A stretch of DNA of 59,515 bases from Chiloscyllium plagiosum (Eukaryota), in contig NC_057757.1 of assembly GCF_004010195.1 (NCBI RefSeq), forward strand, positions 2,793,546 through 2,853,060. The letters run 5' to 3'. This document shows, piece after piece, positions 11,800 to 24,120 of this stretch (position 1 is its first letter; the number at the start of each line of letters is the position of its first letter). The notes below the pieces were generated by a model that saw only the letters and a list, made by a program, of their open reading frames with translations, was not told the DNA's origin and ran no database searches. The translations under genes and the position numbers were made by a program.

Positions 11800-12085
11800 C
11801 AGATCCACCCCTATACTATCCCTGTAATATCAGCATTTCCCATGGTTAACCCACCTGGGCACTATGGGACAATTTAGCACGGCCAATCCACCCTAACCTG
11901 CACATCCCTGGGCACTATGGGACAATTTAGTACGGCCAATCCACCTTTGGACCGTGGGAGGAAACCCACACAGACACGGGGAGAATGTGCAAACTCCACA
12001 CAGACAGTCACCCGAGGGTGGGCTTGAACCCGGGTCCCTGGCGCCGTGAGGCAGCAGCACCAACCACTGACACACCGCGCTGCCC
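11800..12085 (-). mobile_element. HE1/V-SINE
   Basis: tRNA-like head and V-domain (CVEFAHSPRVCVGF translation), about two 53-bp units. Confidence 0.85.
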
Positions 12086-12275
12086 CAACCCGACGCAATC
12101 TTGATTCTCGTCCCTGTCGGAAACCATGTTGCGGTCAGCGCTTTGCAATCTGGAAGGAAGCTTCGCAACGTTTCAGCGAAGGTTATCCCGCGCCCCCCCC
12201 ACCCCATCCCCCACCAACCTTCCCGGACGGAGAGGGGGAGGGTGACGGGGGGGAAGACGGGATCAGAGCCCCTAC

Positions 12276-12470
12276 CTGCTGCGTGCTGGACGAGCCGGAC
12301 GCCGAAGACATCATGATGAACTTGGTGGCCGGGGGCGATGCCTGAGTCGGGGTGGACGGCCGGGCAGAGACCAGAGTCTGCATGGGCAGCGTGATGGAGC
12401 TGGGCACCTTGATGATGCTGGGAGCCCGCGACGTCTGTGGGGACTGCGATATGGTCAGCGTGGACCGAGG
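12276..12470 (-). CDS. taf6: TAF6 penultimate exon, copy A (65 aa)
   Basis: [65 protein letters not shown]. Acceptor gttgttgcag, donor CAG|gtaggg, 195 bp, phase 0/0. Confidence 0.9.
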
Positions 12471-12959
12471 CTGCAACAACATCATACGCCCGAGTCAACA
12501 AAAAACAAATCAAAAACAGCACCGCCCTCTATCGCAGGCCGCGAGAACGCCTGGCCCTTGGGAGGCCCTTTGGTTTTTATAAACCACCCCCCCTCCCTGC
12601 TTTTCCCAACCACTTGGTGAGATAAAGCGTGATTAAACCATTACGACAGAGAGACAATGCGATTGCAAAACTCCCCCACAAGCAAAGCGCACCCAATCAA
12701 AATCTTGCAATAAGGACGAGATAATTTTATAGCTAACAGCTCAAATCTTCTCTGGAAGAAGAAACGCAGATAAATCCCCTCTGGCTGTGCAGATTCGTTT
12801 CCCACGTACACCAAAGCAGTTTAAAACAAAAAGATAAACCCACAGCAATCAATGGAATAAAGTGCACTCTGCTGTTCACCTCAACACTCCTCCATGACAA
12901 CATAAAAATGACTTGCATTGAGATAGCGCCTCCAAATATGGCATCTCCACTAATATATT

Positions 12960-13990
12960 GTTTCCACCAATCAATGGGCTGAAGGGTGGCAGATGGAGCT
13001 CAATCTGCATAAGTGTGAGGTCCTGCATTTTGGTAAAACACATAAGGGCAGGACGGATACAGTTAATGGGTAGCGTTGGAGAACACAGACACCTAGGGGT
13101 TCAGGTACATCATCCTTTCAGGTTTGCATCACATATAGACAGGGTGGTACAGAAGGCGTTATATCTTACCTTCACGGCTCAGACCTTTTGAGTGTAGGAC
13201 ACAGTGAGGGCTGCAGATGCTGGAGATCAGAGTAGAGTGTGGTGCTGGAAAAGCACAGCAGGTCACGCAGCATCCGAGGAGCAGGAGGATCGACGTTTCA
13301 GGCAAGAGCCCTTCATCCTAGTGAAAAGCTTAGGCCTGAAACGTCAATTCTCCTGCTCCTTGGACGCTGCCTGACCTGCTGTGCTTTTCCGGCACCACGC
13401 TCTCGACTTTGAGTACAAGAGTCGGGGGCGTCATGTTGAGGTTGTACAGGACATTGGTGAGGCCTCGTCTGGAGAACTGTCTCCAGTTCTGGTCCCCCAG
13501 TTATAGGGAGGTGATTATTAAACTGGAGAGGGTTCAGACGAGATTTACCAGGATGTTGCCGGGCCTGGAAGGTTTGAATTATTAGAGAGGCTGGATAGGC
13601 CAGGGCTGTTTTCCCTGGAGTGTAGGAGGCTGAGGGGTGACCTTATAGAGGTTTATAAAATCATGAGGGGCATGGATTAGGTGAATGGCAGGTGTCTTTT
13701 CCCAGGGGTGGGGGGATTTCAAGACACAGAGGGCATACTTTTAAAGGTGAGGGGAGAGAGATTTAAAAAAAGACATGAGGGCCTGTTGTTACACAGAGGG
13801 TGGTCTGTTGTGTGGAATGAAGGAAGAGGTGGATGTAGGGGCAGTTACAACCTTTAAAGACATTTGGATAAGTTCATGAACAGGAAAGGTTTGGAGGGAT
13901 ATGGGCCAGGAGCAGGCAGCTGGGATTAGTTAGGTTTGGGATTATGGTCGGCACGGACTGGACGGACCGAAAGGTCAGTTGGATGACACT
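12960..13990 (+). mobile_element. CR1 LINE 3' fragment with an inserted Penelope-derived palindrome (~13203-13407)
   Basis: CR1 RT C-terminal motifs (LVRPRLENC.QFWSP, LRGDLIEVYKIM). The insert has inverted arms gtggtgctggaaaagcacagcagg / cctgctgtgcttttccggcaccac. Confidence 0.85.
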
Positions 13991-14159
13991 CAGTCGTGTA
14001 GTCACTGAAAGGGGATTGGTGCGCAGCAAGATTCACCCGAAAACAGCAACGTGGCAATGATGAGGTGGCTCTTGGATGATGCCCACTGGATTGAAACTGG
14101 CCAGGGATCCTTTACTAAAGGACTGAACACTCTGGAGGTAGGGAGCATGTTTCTGCTGA

Positions 14160-14450
14160 TGGGTGAGTTTAAAAATAAGGGGGAGGCCATTTAGAACAGA
14201 GTTGAGGAGGAACGTCGTCACCCAGAGAGTGGTGGGTGTGTGGAATGCTCTGCCCCAGAGGGCAGTGGAGACCCAGTCTCTGGATACTTTCAAGAAAGAG
14301 ATGGATAGAGCTCTTAAAGATAGTGGAATCAAAGGTTATGGGGACAAGGCAGGAACAGGATACGGATTGTGGATGATCAGCCATGATCATAATGAATGGT
14401 GGTGCAGGCTCGAAGGGCCGAATGGCCAACTCCTGCACCTATTGTCTATT
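14160..14450 (+). mobile_element. CR1 LINE 3' end, second subfamily
   Basis: GRPFRTELRRNVVTQRVVGVWNALPQRAVE..LDTFKKEMDR. Confidence 0.85.
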
Positions 14451-14812
14451 GAAATGGTGGGGGGGGAACTGCTTAACCATGTCATAGGGCTGCTCACTGT
14501 CCAGCTCAACTGGCATGGCCTCGGTTTAATCTCTCAGGGGGAAGGGGGTGTTTACACGTCAGAGCAGTGCAGCAACACCAGGAGTGTCAGCTTCGCCTGT
14601 TGCAAAGCCTCTGGAATGCAGCCTGCTCCTGGACTCAAACGAGGGGGTACCCCGCTTGAGCTCGCTTGCGCGAGGCAGGGTCTGCACTGATTAAGCAGCC
14701 GCCCGCTGGCCGGAGAGAACCAGGAGCTGGGAAAGGAGATAGAAACAAAAGCCGACTGAGTAACCCCTCCCTACCAAGCGGCGCCAGACCAACGCGGGCC
14801 GCGCTCTCTCAC

Positions 14813-14986
14813 CTGGGTGATGGTCAGGGTGGTCCGGTTCACTTGCTGGGCCTGCATCGCTGCCTGGGCACGGGCCTTCACCACGTGGGTACATAGCATG
14901 GGGCCCAGGTACCCGTAGTCCACCTTGTAGGACTCCTGGTTGTCCGGAGGAGACCGGATCTTCGCCACGACCGGCGCGCAATGTTT
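14813..14986 (-). CDS. taf6: TAF6 exon ([17 protein letters not shown]...[10 protein letters not shown])
   Basis: 174 bp, acceptor ttcctcttccag, donor CAG|gtgaga, strong match to TAF6. Confidence 0.96.
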
Positions 14987-15571
14987 CTGGAAGAGGAAAT
15001 CGTCGCAACTTTACAAAAGGGGAACGCGGGCCAGAAGCTCAAAAACTGACCAAAGCGGTTTCAACAGCGAGTGGAAACGGGGGAGGAGGTGGGAGGGGGA
15101 TTGTTAGCAGGAGGTCGACACAGGGGACACAGTGTCCAACTGCAACTGCTCATGTGCAGATCCAGCCCAGGCTGTGGGATTGCACCTTCTGAATTATCAG
15201 CGCATATTGGTTCCCGCTTCAGAGATCTGGCACTCTTGCGGAAACCGTCCTGACGAGCGCAAGACAAAATACCGCTGATAGCATTTTGCTTTCGAAAAAC
15301 AGAGATGGCCTTAAACTCTTTGCAAAATCAAGGGTGGCAGGCTTTAGGACTCATTGCTTGGGCCTCAGAGGCAGCGCGGGGCTCAGTTCCAGACACTGTG
15401 ACAACGCTGCGACAGTAAGAGGTGTACGTTTTTTCCTGGTTGTTTTGGAGAAGGTTTGAGACCGATTCACGGAGTTCTCGACTTGGAGAGCTAGTAAACA
15501 GCCTGAGGGACCTTGTGGCTTTTTTTTTTAGAAAAAGGTTGGACCAACAGAAGCAGCCTGGTTAGACTATA

Positions 15572-18272
15572 AGACATAATAACAGAAATTGGGCTATTCA
15601 GCCCACCAAATCTGCTCCGCCATTCAATCACGGCTGGTAAGTTACCCAACCCCATTCTCCCACTTTCTCCCTGTAACCCTTGATACTCAAGAACCTACCT
15701 ATCTCAGTCTTAAGTTAAAAGTCACACAACACCAGGTTATAGTCCAACAGGTTTAATTGGAAGCACACTAGCTTTTGGAGCGACGCTCCTTCATCAGGTG
15801 ATCAGGTTGTCAATCACCTGATCAAGGAGCGTCGCTCCGAAAGCTGGTGCTTCCAATTAAACCTGTTGGACTATAACCTGGTGTTGTGTGATTTTTAAAC
15901 TTTTAAACCGCCAGAGATTCCCCGCTCTCTGGCTGAACACGTTTCTCCTTCTCTCCGTTCTAAAAGGTCTCCCCTTTACTCGAAGACTATGCCCTCAGGT
16001 CCTAGTCTCCCCGACCAATGGAAACATCTTCCCAACGGTCACTCTGTCCAGGTCATTCAGTATTCTGTAGGTTTCAACTAGATTCCCCTCCCCCCCCGCC
16101 ACCATCCTTCTAAACTTCATCGAGTCCAGAGTCCTCAAACGTTCCTCTTACATTAAGCTTTTCATTGCTGGGACCATTCTCTTGAACCTCCTTCAAACCC
16201 GCTCCTGGGCCAGTACATTCTTCCTGAGATATGGGGCCCAAAACTGCGCACAATACTCACTGACCAGAGCCTTATAGAGCCTCAGAAATATATGCCTGCT
16301 TTTATATTCAAGTCCTCTCAATATAAATGCCATCATTGCATTTGCATTCCTAACTACTGACTCAACCTGCAAGTTCACCTCGAGAGAATCCAGGGCTGGA
16401 ACTCCCCGAGTCTCGTTGCACTTCTGAATTTTCTCCCCATTGAGAAACAGTCCATGCCTCTGTTCTTCTTAGAGAAGTGCATGAGCTCACACTTCCCCAC
16501 ATTGTAATCCATCTATCATTTCTGTGCCCTCTCTCCCAACCTGTCCACATCCTCCTGCAGCCTCCCTGCCTCCTCAATGCTACCTGTCCCTTTTCATAGC
16601 TTTGTATCATCTGCAAACGGAGCCAGAATGCCCTCAATTCCTTCATCCAGATTGTTATAATGAATACAGTGAGCTTTGTGGCACACACCACTGGTCACCG
16701 GCTGCCATCCTGAATAGGACCCTTTTATCCCCACTCTCTGTCAGACAGCCAGGCTTCTCTCCATGCTAGCACCTTGCCTCTAACACCATGGGGCCCTTAT
16801 CTTACTCAGCAGCCTCCTGGGCAGCACCTTATCAAAGGCCTTCTGGAAGTCCAAGTAGATAACATCCATTGGCTCTCCTTGGTCTAACCTGATCATTACC
16901 ACCTCAAAGATTTGTCAGGCATGACCTCCCCTTGCTGACTTTGCCCTATTTTACCAAACACTTCCAAGTATTCAGAAATCTCATCCTTCACAATGGGCTC
17001 CAGGATCTTACCGAGGTTAGGCTAATCGGTCTGTAACTTCCCATCTTTTGTCTAACTCCCTTTTTAAACAGGGGTGTCACTTTAGCGATTTTCCAGTCCT
17101 CTGGGACCCTCCCTGATTCTAGCAATTCCTAAAAGATCACCACTAAGACCTCCACCATCTCTTCAGCTATCTCTCTTCAAACTCTGGAGTGTAGTCCATC
17201 TGGTCCAGGTGATTTACCCACCTTCAGGCCATTCCGTTTTTCTAGCATCTTCTCCTTGGTGATAGCCACCATATTCAGCTCTAGCCCCTCACTCTCCTGA
17301 ATCTTTGGGATATTACTCGAATCCTCCACTGTGAAGGCTGACACAGAGTAATTATTGAGTTCCTCAGCCATTTCCTTGTTCCCCACTAATACCTCTCCAG
17401 GTATTAGTCCACTTTTGCCCTGTATATATCAAAAGAAGCTCTTACAATCTTCTTGTATATTACTGGCTAGCTGACCCTCATATTTAATCTTCTCCCTCCT
17501 TATTTCTTTTCTTGTTGCCCTCTGTTGTTCTGTGTAAGCTTCCCAACCCTCTGTGTTTCCCACTGCTCTTCGCCACATTACATGCTCTCTCTTTTCTTGT
17601 TATGCTGTCCCTGACTCCCCTGGTCAGCCTTGGCTGCCTCATCCTCCCTGTACCATGCTTCTTTTTCCTCTGCTGTGTCTCCAGAATTCCTCCTCGAATC
17701 TGCTGCCATTGTTGTCCCACTGCCTTTCCTGCTGGGCTCCTCCCCCAGTCAGTTCTACCCAGCTCCTCCCTCATGCCTCTGTAGCTGCCCTCACTCTGCT
17801 GTAATCCTGTTACCTCTGATTCTAGCTGCTCCCTCTCAAACTGCAGAGTAAATTCGATCATATTATGGTCACTGCCTCCTAAGTAGTTCCTTCACTTTCA
17901 GCTCCCTTATCACGCTTGCTTCATTGCTACAACACTAAATCCAGTATTGCCTGCTCCCCAGTGGGCTCCACCACAAGCTGCTCCAAAAAAGCCATCTCAT
18001 AGATATTCCACAAATTCCTTTTCTTGTGAACCACCACCAGCCAGATTTTCCCAGCCCACCTGCATACAGGAATTCCCCGTGATCACTGTCACTTTGTCTT
18101 CCCTAGACATCTCGTCTACCTCCTGGCATATCTTGCGCCCCAGCTCCTGACTAGTCCATAACTCCAGCTGGGGCTCTTTCTAACCACTGCGGTTCCTCAA
18201 TTCTACCCTCACAGATTCTACACCAGCTGACCCTACTTCGTTCCTTACTATTGATTTCATTTCATTTCTTAC
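15572..18272 (-). mobile_element. Long decayed CR1 LINE fragment (endonuclease end to 3' UTR)
   Basis: Minus-strand remnants MAEELNNY..AFTVED, KSPGPDGLH, LYKALV..EYCAQFWAPYLRK. Confidence 0.9.
15712..15902. mobile_element. Palindromic Penelope-derived element inserted in the CR1
   Basis: Inverted arms of about 90 bp around a short spacer. Same family as 20550-20781. Confidence 0.75.
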
Positions 18273-18335
18273 CGGTTGTATCAGTTATTCTGTTAAGTTT
18301 TCCAATAGAGTTAGGTTATTCCAAACTCTTTTTAC

Positions 18336-18640
18336 AGAATCCCTAGAGTGTGGAAACAGGCCCTTTGGCCCAACAAGTCCACACCGACCCTCTGAAGAGT
18401 AACCCACTCAGACCCATTCACTTACCACTATATTTTACCTGGGACCAAGGCAATTAACCTACCCATCCCCGAACACTATGGGGCAATTTAGCACGGCTAA
18501 TCCATCCTAAACTGTGCCTCTTTGGACTATGGGAGGAAATCCATGCAGACACGGGGAGAATGTGCAAACTCCACACAGACAGTTGCCAGAGGTGGGAATC
18601 GAACCCGGGTCCCTGGCTCTGTGAGCCATTGTGCCACCCC
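18336..18640 (-). mobile_element. HE1/V-SINE
   Basis: Tail, V-domain and partial head. Confidence 0.85.
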
Positions 18641-19036
18641 TCATTCTGTTATAATGCCCGTTTTGTCAATGCAAACGCGCTGTTATCCGAATGATGGACT
18701 GGGGACACAGTTTCTACAGCGTGAACCTTTAGAACGGGTGTTGGCTGTTACACTTTCAGCACCATTTGTAAAGTGCAATGTTTCTATAATGTGAGGTCGC
18801 ATAAAAACACAACCATGGTGTTACAGAAGACCTGACTGCAACTTAAAGAGAAGTAAATTCAGGGGGAAACGGGACTGCCCTGCACTGGCGCGATGGGTCA
18901 AATGGCCACCGGCAGTAAAACACAGTGCATTTGAAGTTTGGCAGACAATCCTGCAGTGCCCCAGAGACACAAAGCTCACCTTTCACTCCCTGAGTCAAAG
19001 GCAGCTGCTGAAGGAAGTCTTCCCTGGGCCACCTAC

Positions 19037-19162
19037 CAGTAAGAGGTTCTGGACGTGATCCGCTCCAATCTTGTCGATATTACTGACGACAGGTCCCTCG
19101 AGTACAGCTCGGATTCGCTCCCCTTCAATCTGCAGCCTCTGGATGATCAGGGTCTTTATCAC
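19037..19162 (-). CDS. taf6: TAF6 exon ([42 protein letters not shown])
   Basis: 126 bp, acceptor gctaacag, donor CTG|gtaggt. Absent from the ORF track and translated by hand. Confidence 0.96.
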
Positions 19163-19242
19163 CTGTTAGCGTTTTGCCAATGGCGTTTGGTTAATGGGAA
19201 TGCTTGAGTTTAGACAGAGGTTTTACACAATGTGCAACATGA

Positions 19243-19545
19243 TTAGAATCCCCTACAGTGTGGAAACAGGCCCTTCAGCCCAACAAGTCCACACTGACCC
19301 TCCGAAGAGTAACCCACCCAGACCCATTTCCCTCTGACTAATGCACCCAAAACTATGGGACAATCCAGCACGGCCAATCCACCCTAACCTGCACATCTTT
19401 GGATTGTGGGAGGAAACTGGAGCACCCGGAGGAAACCCACGTAGACACTGGGAGAACGTGCAAACTCCACACAGACAGTCACCCCGAGGGTGGGATCGAA
19501 CCCGGGCCCCTGGCGCTGAGAGGCAACCACTAAGCCACCTGCCAC
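19243..19545 (-). mobile_element. HE1/V-SINE, near full length
   Basis: Head, V-domain and ..ctgtaggggattctaatc tail. Confidence 0.9.
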
Positions 19546-20549
19546 CCCCTACAAACCTGCATCTCAGCAAGGCTCCTCTACTTTACAAACATGTGGCCTC
19601 TATCCCCTACACCCCCCAAAGTACAAAGGCAGCAGGTACATCGCAAGCTGCACCTGAGTCGCTCAGCACCCTGCCCCTGCTCGAAACCACGTCACTGCCC
19701 CCTTTGCTGGGTTGGCACGGTGGCCGAGTGGTTACCACCTGCTGCCTCTCAGTGCTGGGGACCCAGTTCGATTCCAGCTTAGCAGTGGCGGAGCACTGCA
19801 ATGCCACGTCTGTCTGCACACGCGCGCTTACTGCTCCCAGCGGGCGACGACAGTAAGGTCAAGCGCAGGCCCTGAAACAAACCAGCAGTTTGTCACCACC
19901 TTCTCGAGAGTAATCAGCCACGGGGAACAACCGCGGGGCCCACACTCCCACCCCCGGAGCAAACCTTCAAGAACTTGAAATGAAAACCAGAAGTGCTGGA
20001 GAAACCCAGCAGGTCTGGTAACATCAGTGGGAAGAAAGCAGTTACCATTCCGAGACTTATCGGGAGGAGGAAACTGACATTTGAGAGCATTCAGACTGTC
20101 AGATAAGACAGAAGGGAGATTAAAAAGCAAGGCTGCGTTTTTAAATTGAAGGTTTGTACCATAAATTTAAGATAGAGTGAATGCTGTTCGAAACTGAAGC
20201 CTTTGTGTATGCGACTAGATGGCAGTCCCAGAGTGGACTGGAAAATTGAAAATACCTAACATTCGGCTACAAAACGGATACTTCGAGTTTTGGTTGCTGA
20301 TTTGACAGCAATTCGAATTTAAGCAGTTTAAATTATACCCCAGGATACTAAAACCCAATCGAGTTTGAATTGATTAGTTTGTCATCATTGAACAATGAGA
20401 CGATCTGATGTCGGGGATATAAAAATGCAGGCATTTCGAAAATCAGACAGAGCAACTGCCATCAACACAGACCCAAGACGTTAAGAAACACTCTCTACCA
20501 AAGGTATCTCTTCATACTCGCAGTAAAAAGATAGATGATGACCCAGGGA

Positions 20550-20781
20550 TGATTTGGAGGTGCCGGTGTTGGACTGTGGTGGACAAAGTTAAAAATCGCA
20601 TAAGACCAGGTTACAGTCCAACCAGTTTATCTGGAAGCACTAGCTTTCGGAGCGCTGCTCCTTCATCAGGTGGTTGTGAGAACTCCACAACCACCTGATG
20701 AAGGAGCGTCGCTCCGAAAGCTAGTGCTTCCAGATAAACTGGTTGGACTGTAACCTGGTGGTGTGTGATTTTTAACTTTGT
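20550..20781. mobile_element. Palindromic Penelope-derived element with a 12-bp target-site duplication
   Basis: ATGACCCAGGGA at 20538-20549 and 20782-20793. Inverted arms of about 95 bp. Confidence 0.85.
20638..20726. ncRNA. Divergent pair of minimal hammerhead motifs (20638-20672 minus, 20692-20726 plus)
   Basis: CAC-CTGATGA-A-GGAGC-nnn-GCTCC-GAAAG-CTA-GTG on each strand. Confidence 0.55.
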
Positions 20782-21349
20782 ATGACCCAGGGAGATCCTC
20801 AGCAGGAAGACGACAGATACTGAAGACATCCGGCTTTAAAACGAATTTAATTAAGTAATTTAATAAGTGTTTTATAGGAACAGCATGTTGTTATAGAGTT
20901 GGAGGCAGGTAACAAACTGTTAAGAAGTTGGGGGAGGAGCTTAGAGTTGTTATTTCATGTTCACTTTTAGAGTTAAAGAATAAATTGAAGTTTTTTTTAA
21001 AGAGTGGAATTTGGGACTTCTCTGTCACTCACATTCTACCAGATTATGAGGCGGGGGGAGCTGGGTTTTTCTGAGTGTTTGGTTTAATTAACAGAGGGGT
21101 TGACCGCCCTGCTGTAACAGTAGCTTCCAGCTTAAAAACGGGCTACAACGACCATTTAACATTTTGAGCTTTAGCTAACCCAGCCTCGTTGAAGTGACTC
21201 GCACAGCCTGCAGCTTTCAAAGCAACACCCTTTCCAGAGCACCGACTGGAAGAGACTGACGTGGGGAAGTGCGGAGTGCCAGGGTTTCACTGGCCAGATA
21301 TATCAGGGGCTCGGGGGGGTGGGAGGGGGAGCGGCGTTCAAATACTCAC

Positions 21350-21424
21350 ATCGTGGCCGAGCTCAGCCAATCCTGCGATGCAGCCGTACCTGGTCGTCCA
21401 GGGGGTCTTGTCATCCAGCCAACT
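21350..21424 (-). CDS. taf6: TAF6 exon ([25 protein letters not shown])
   Basis: 75 bp, acceptor ctgtttcag, donor GAT|gtgagt. Confidence 0.96.
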
Positions 21425-21886
21425 CTGAAACAGTAACCAAGAGAGAGACTGCGTCACACGGGCAGCTCCCAGTGACAACTCTCTGGCCCTGGCTCGGTGC
21501 ACACCAGCTTCCGTTTAACTTCTCGAGCTGCGCCCTGACCCAGGGCAATTTCTCCATTCCCATCTTGCTTTAGAGATCACTACCTCGTGAACCCTTTCCA
21601 GATGCTACAAACTCTCAGCTCCCCCCCCCCACCAGGCTCCTGCAACCCTGCCCACTTTCTTTGCATTCTTATACCTGCCAGACACATTCCCCCGTTCCAT
21701 CACTGGTAGCCAGCTCCCTTCAAGTTGTCTGAACCCTCACCTCCAACCCCCCCCCCTCCAAGACACCCGCAGACTCCTCTGTCTGTCCCCGACCCATAGT
21801 AACGGCATGTCTGTTTGAGAACCCGCTCCATGGGGGGAGGGGTGTAGAGGGAACCCTCTCACTGATGGCCACGGGGCCGGCCTTAC

Positions 21887-22054
21887 CTTGGTGAAGGTTT
21901 TGGTGATACGCGACTGGATGTTATTGGTGGTGGTGCTGAAGTTCTTGCAGATCTGTGCCATGAGGCGGGCGGCAAAGTCCCGGAGTGCCCAGTGGTTGTC
22001 CACATCCGGGCGGAGGCAGAGTTGGCGGCTGACGATGCAGGTCACCACCGCGGG
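21887..22054 (-). CDS. taf6: TAF6 exon, 5'-truncated as assembled ([30 protein letters not shown]...TKTFTK)
   Basis: Near-identical to the TAF6 HEAT-repeat region, donor AAG|gtaagg. The expected VHELI codons and the acceptor are absent. Confidence 0.92.
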
Positions 22055-22839
22055 GCCCCTCCCGCCCCGACGTGCCCAGCGCCTCCTTTACCCCGGTGAC
22101 ACATCCAGCTCTCTCCCATGGAACACCTCCCTGTCACTCCCACCCCATCTCTGCAGCTTCCTACCACCCTCCGGTCTTTTCCTTCTTTTCAAAGTTCAGT
22201 AACAGGACGTGGGCATTTATTGCTGGCTTCAGGCTGGAGTCACGTGTAGGTCAGACTGGGTAAGGACGGCGGTTTCCTTCTCGGAAGGATGTTAGTGACC
22301 CAGAGGGTTATTTCCAGGGACTGATGATGGTCATTGCTGTTCTCTTTATTTCAGATTGTGGGGCAGGAATTCCAAGGGGTCCCCACGACATGGCCTGGGC
22401 CTAACTGGGCTGTGGCAATGACACTGAGCCATCATCTCCCTCCCTCTCCCCATCTCTGATCCCAGTCTCCTGCACCATTCCCCACCTGGTCCCAGCTTCC
22501 CCCACACATCTCCCACCCCCAGTTTTAACTCCCGCACCGGTGACTGGCTGCACTGGCAGCTAACCGGGGGCCCAGATCTTTCTCCTCAAACCCTCTCCGC
22601 CCTCCCTCACGACGCTCTGTTAAAAACCCCACCCTGGGTGAGCCACCATCCTGCTGCCGCCTCCTAGTGGCCCCCTCCTCACTCTGCGGGGTGTTACATG
22701 CTGACAAAACATCGCTGGAGCACCCTGCGACGACTTGCCCATGCCAAAGGGCGCTACAGAAATGTAGCGGCTGATGAGAGCCACACCACTGGGCGCTGTG
22801 TAGTTATGTTTCCCCATGTTGCCAGTGGGACCCTCTTCA

Positions 22840-23175
<336 letters not shown>

Positions 23176-23444
23176 TTATATTGACGACTCCTAGTTCTGG
23201 TCTCACTCTTAGGCAGAAATACCTTTACCCGAGATAAACTGCTTTCTTGTGATATAGATACACATTTAGATGGACTCTGCTCCATCGTTCAGAACAGGAC
23301 AGTAGGAGGTTGGGGGGGTGGAAAAGAGAACAGAACAGTCGGGGGGGGGTCTTGGTGACAGTACAAGAGGAAATGGTTTCTCCTCTACCTCAGCGTCATT
23401 TTCCTGCACTGTTCCTCATATCACTCCATACCTTTCAAACTGTG

Positions 23445-23945
23445 ACACGGCGGCTCAGTGGTTAGCACGGCTGCCTCACAGCGCCAGGGACCCAGGTTCG
23501 ATTCCCACACTCGGGCGACAGTCTGTGTGCAGTTTGCACATTCTCCCCGTGTCTGCGTGGGATTCCTCCGGGTGCTCCGGTTTCCTCCCACAGTCCAAAA
23601 GGTGTGCAGGTTAGGGTGGATGGGCCGTGCTAAATTGTCCCATAGTGCCCAGGGATGTGCAGGTTAGGGTGGATTGGCCGTGCTAAATTGCCCCATAGTC
23701 CCCAGGGAGGTGCAGGTTAGGGTGGATTGACCGCGGTACGTTGTCCCATAGTCCCCAGGGATGTGCAGGTTAGGGTGGATTGGCCGTGCTAAATTGTCCC
23801 ATAGTGTCCAGGGATGTGCAGGTTAGGGTGGATTAGTCAGTAGTAAATGTATAATGTTAGGGTAGGGAACGGGTCTGGGTGGGTTACTATTTGGAGGGTC
23901 GGTGTGATCTTGTTGGGCGAATTGGCCTGTTTCCACACTGCAGAG
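23445..23945 (+). mobile_element. HE1/V-SINE with ~5 tandem 53-bp units
   Basis: Head ggctcagtggttagcacggctgcctcacagcgccaggg..ggttcgattccc, V-domain, repeats and tail. Confidence 0.9.
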
Positions 23946-24120
23946 ATTTTATTTTTTAAAATCTCAATGACCCACCCCTCATCTCGAGACTGCCCCTCCC
24001 ACTCCCTCCGTGCTCGGCCACATACCAAACAGAGAGAAATGTCCTTTCTACATGTACGCTGCTGAGCCCTGGGTTACAATATGTACGAGGTCACTCAGAT
24101 AACTGGAGTTAGGGGACAGA

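Larger units (their letters stand above)
20155..21119 (+). mobile_element. Possible solo LTR
   Basis: AT-rich island with TATAAAA (20418), AATAAA (~20979) and a ...TGTAACA end. No TSD found and the 5' boundary is uncertain. Confidence 0.4.

Noticed and set aside
10857..12470. Assembly or haplotype duplication as the cause of the two exons
   Set aside because: About 30% amino-acid divergence, in-frame indels and dissimilar flanking introns.
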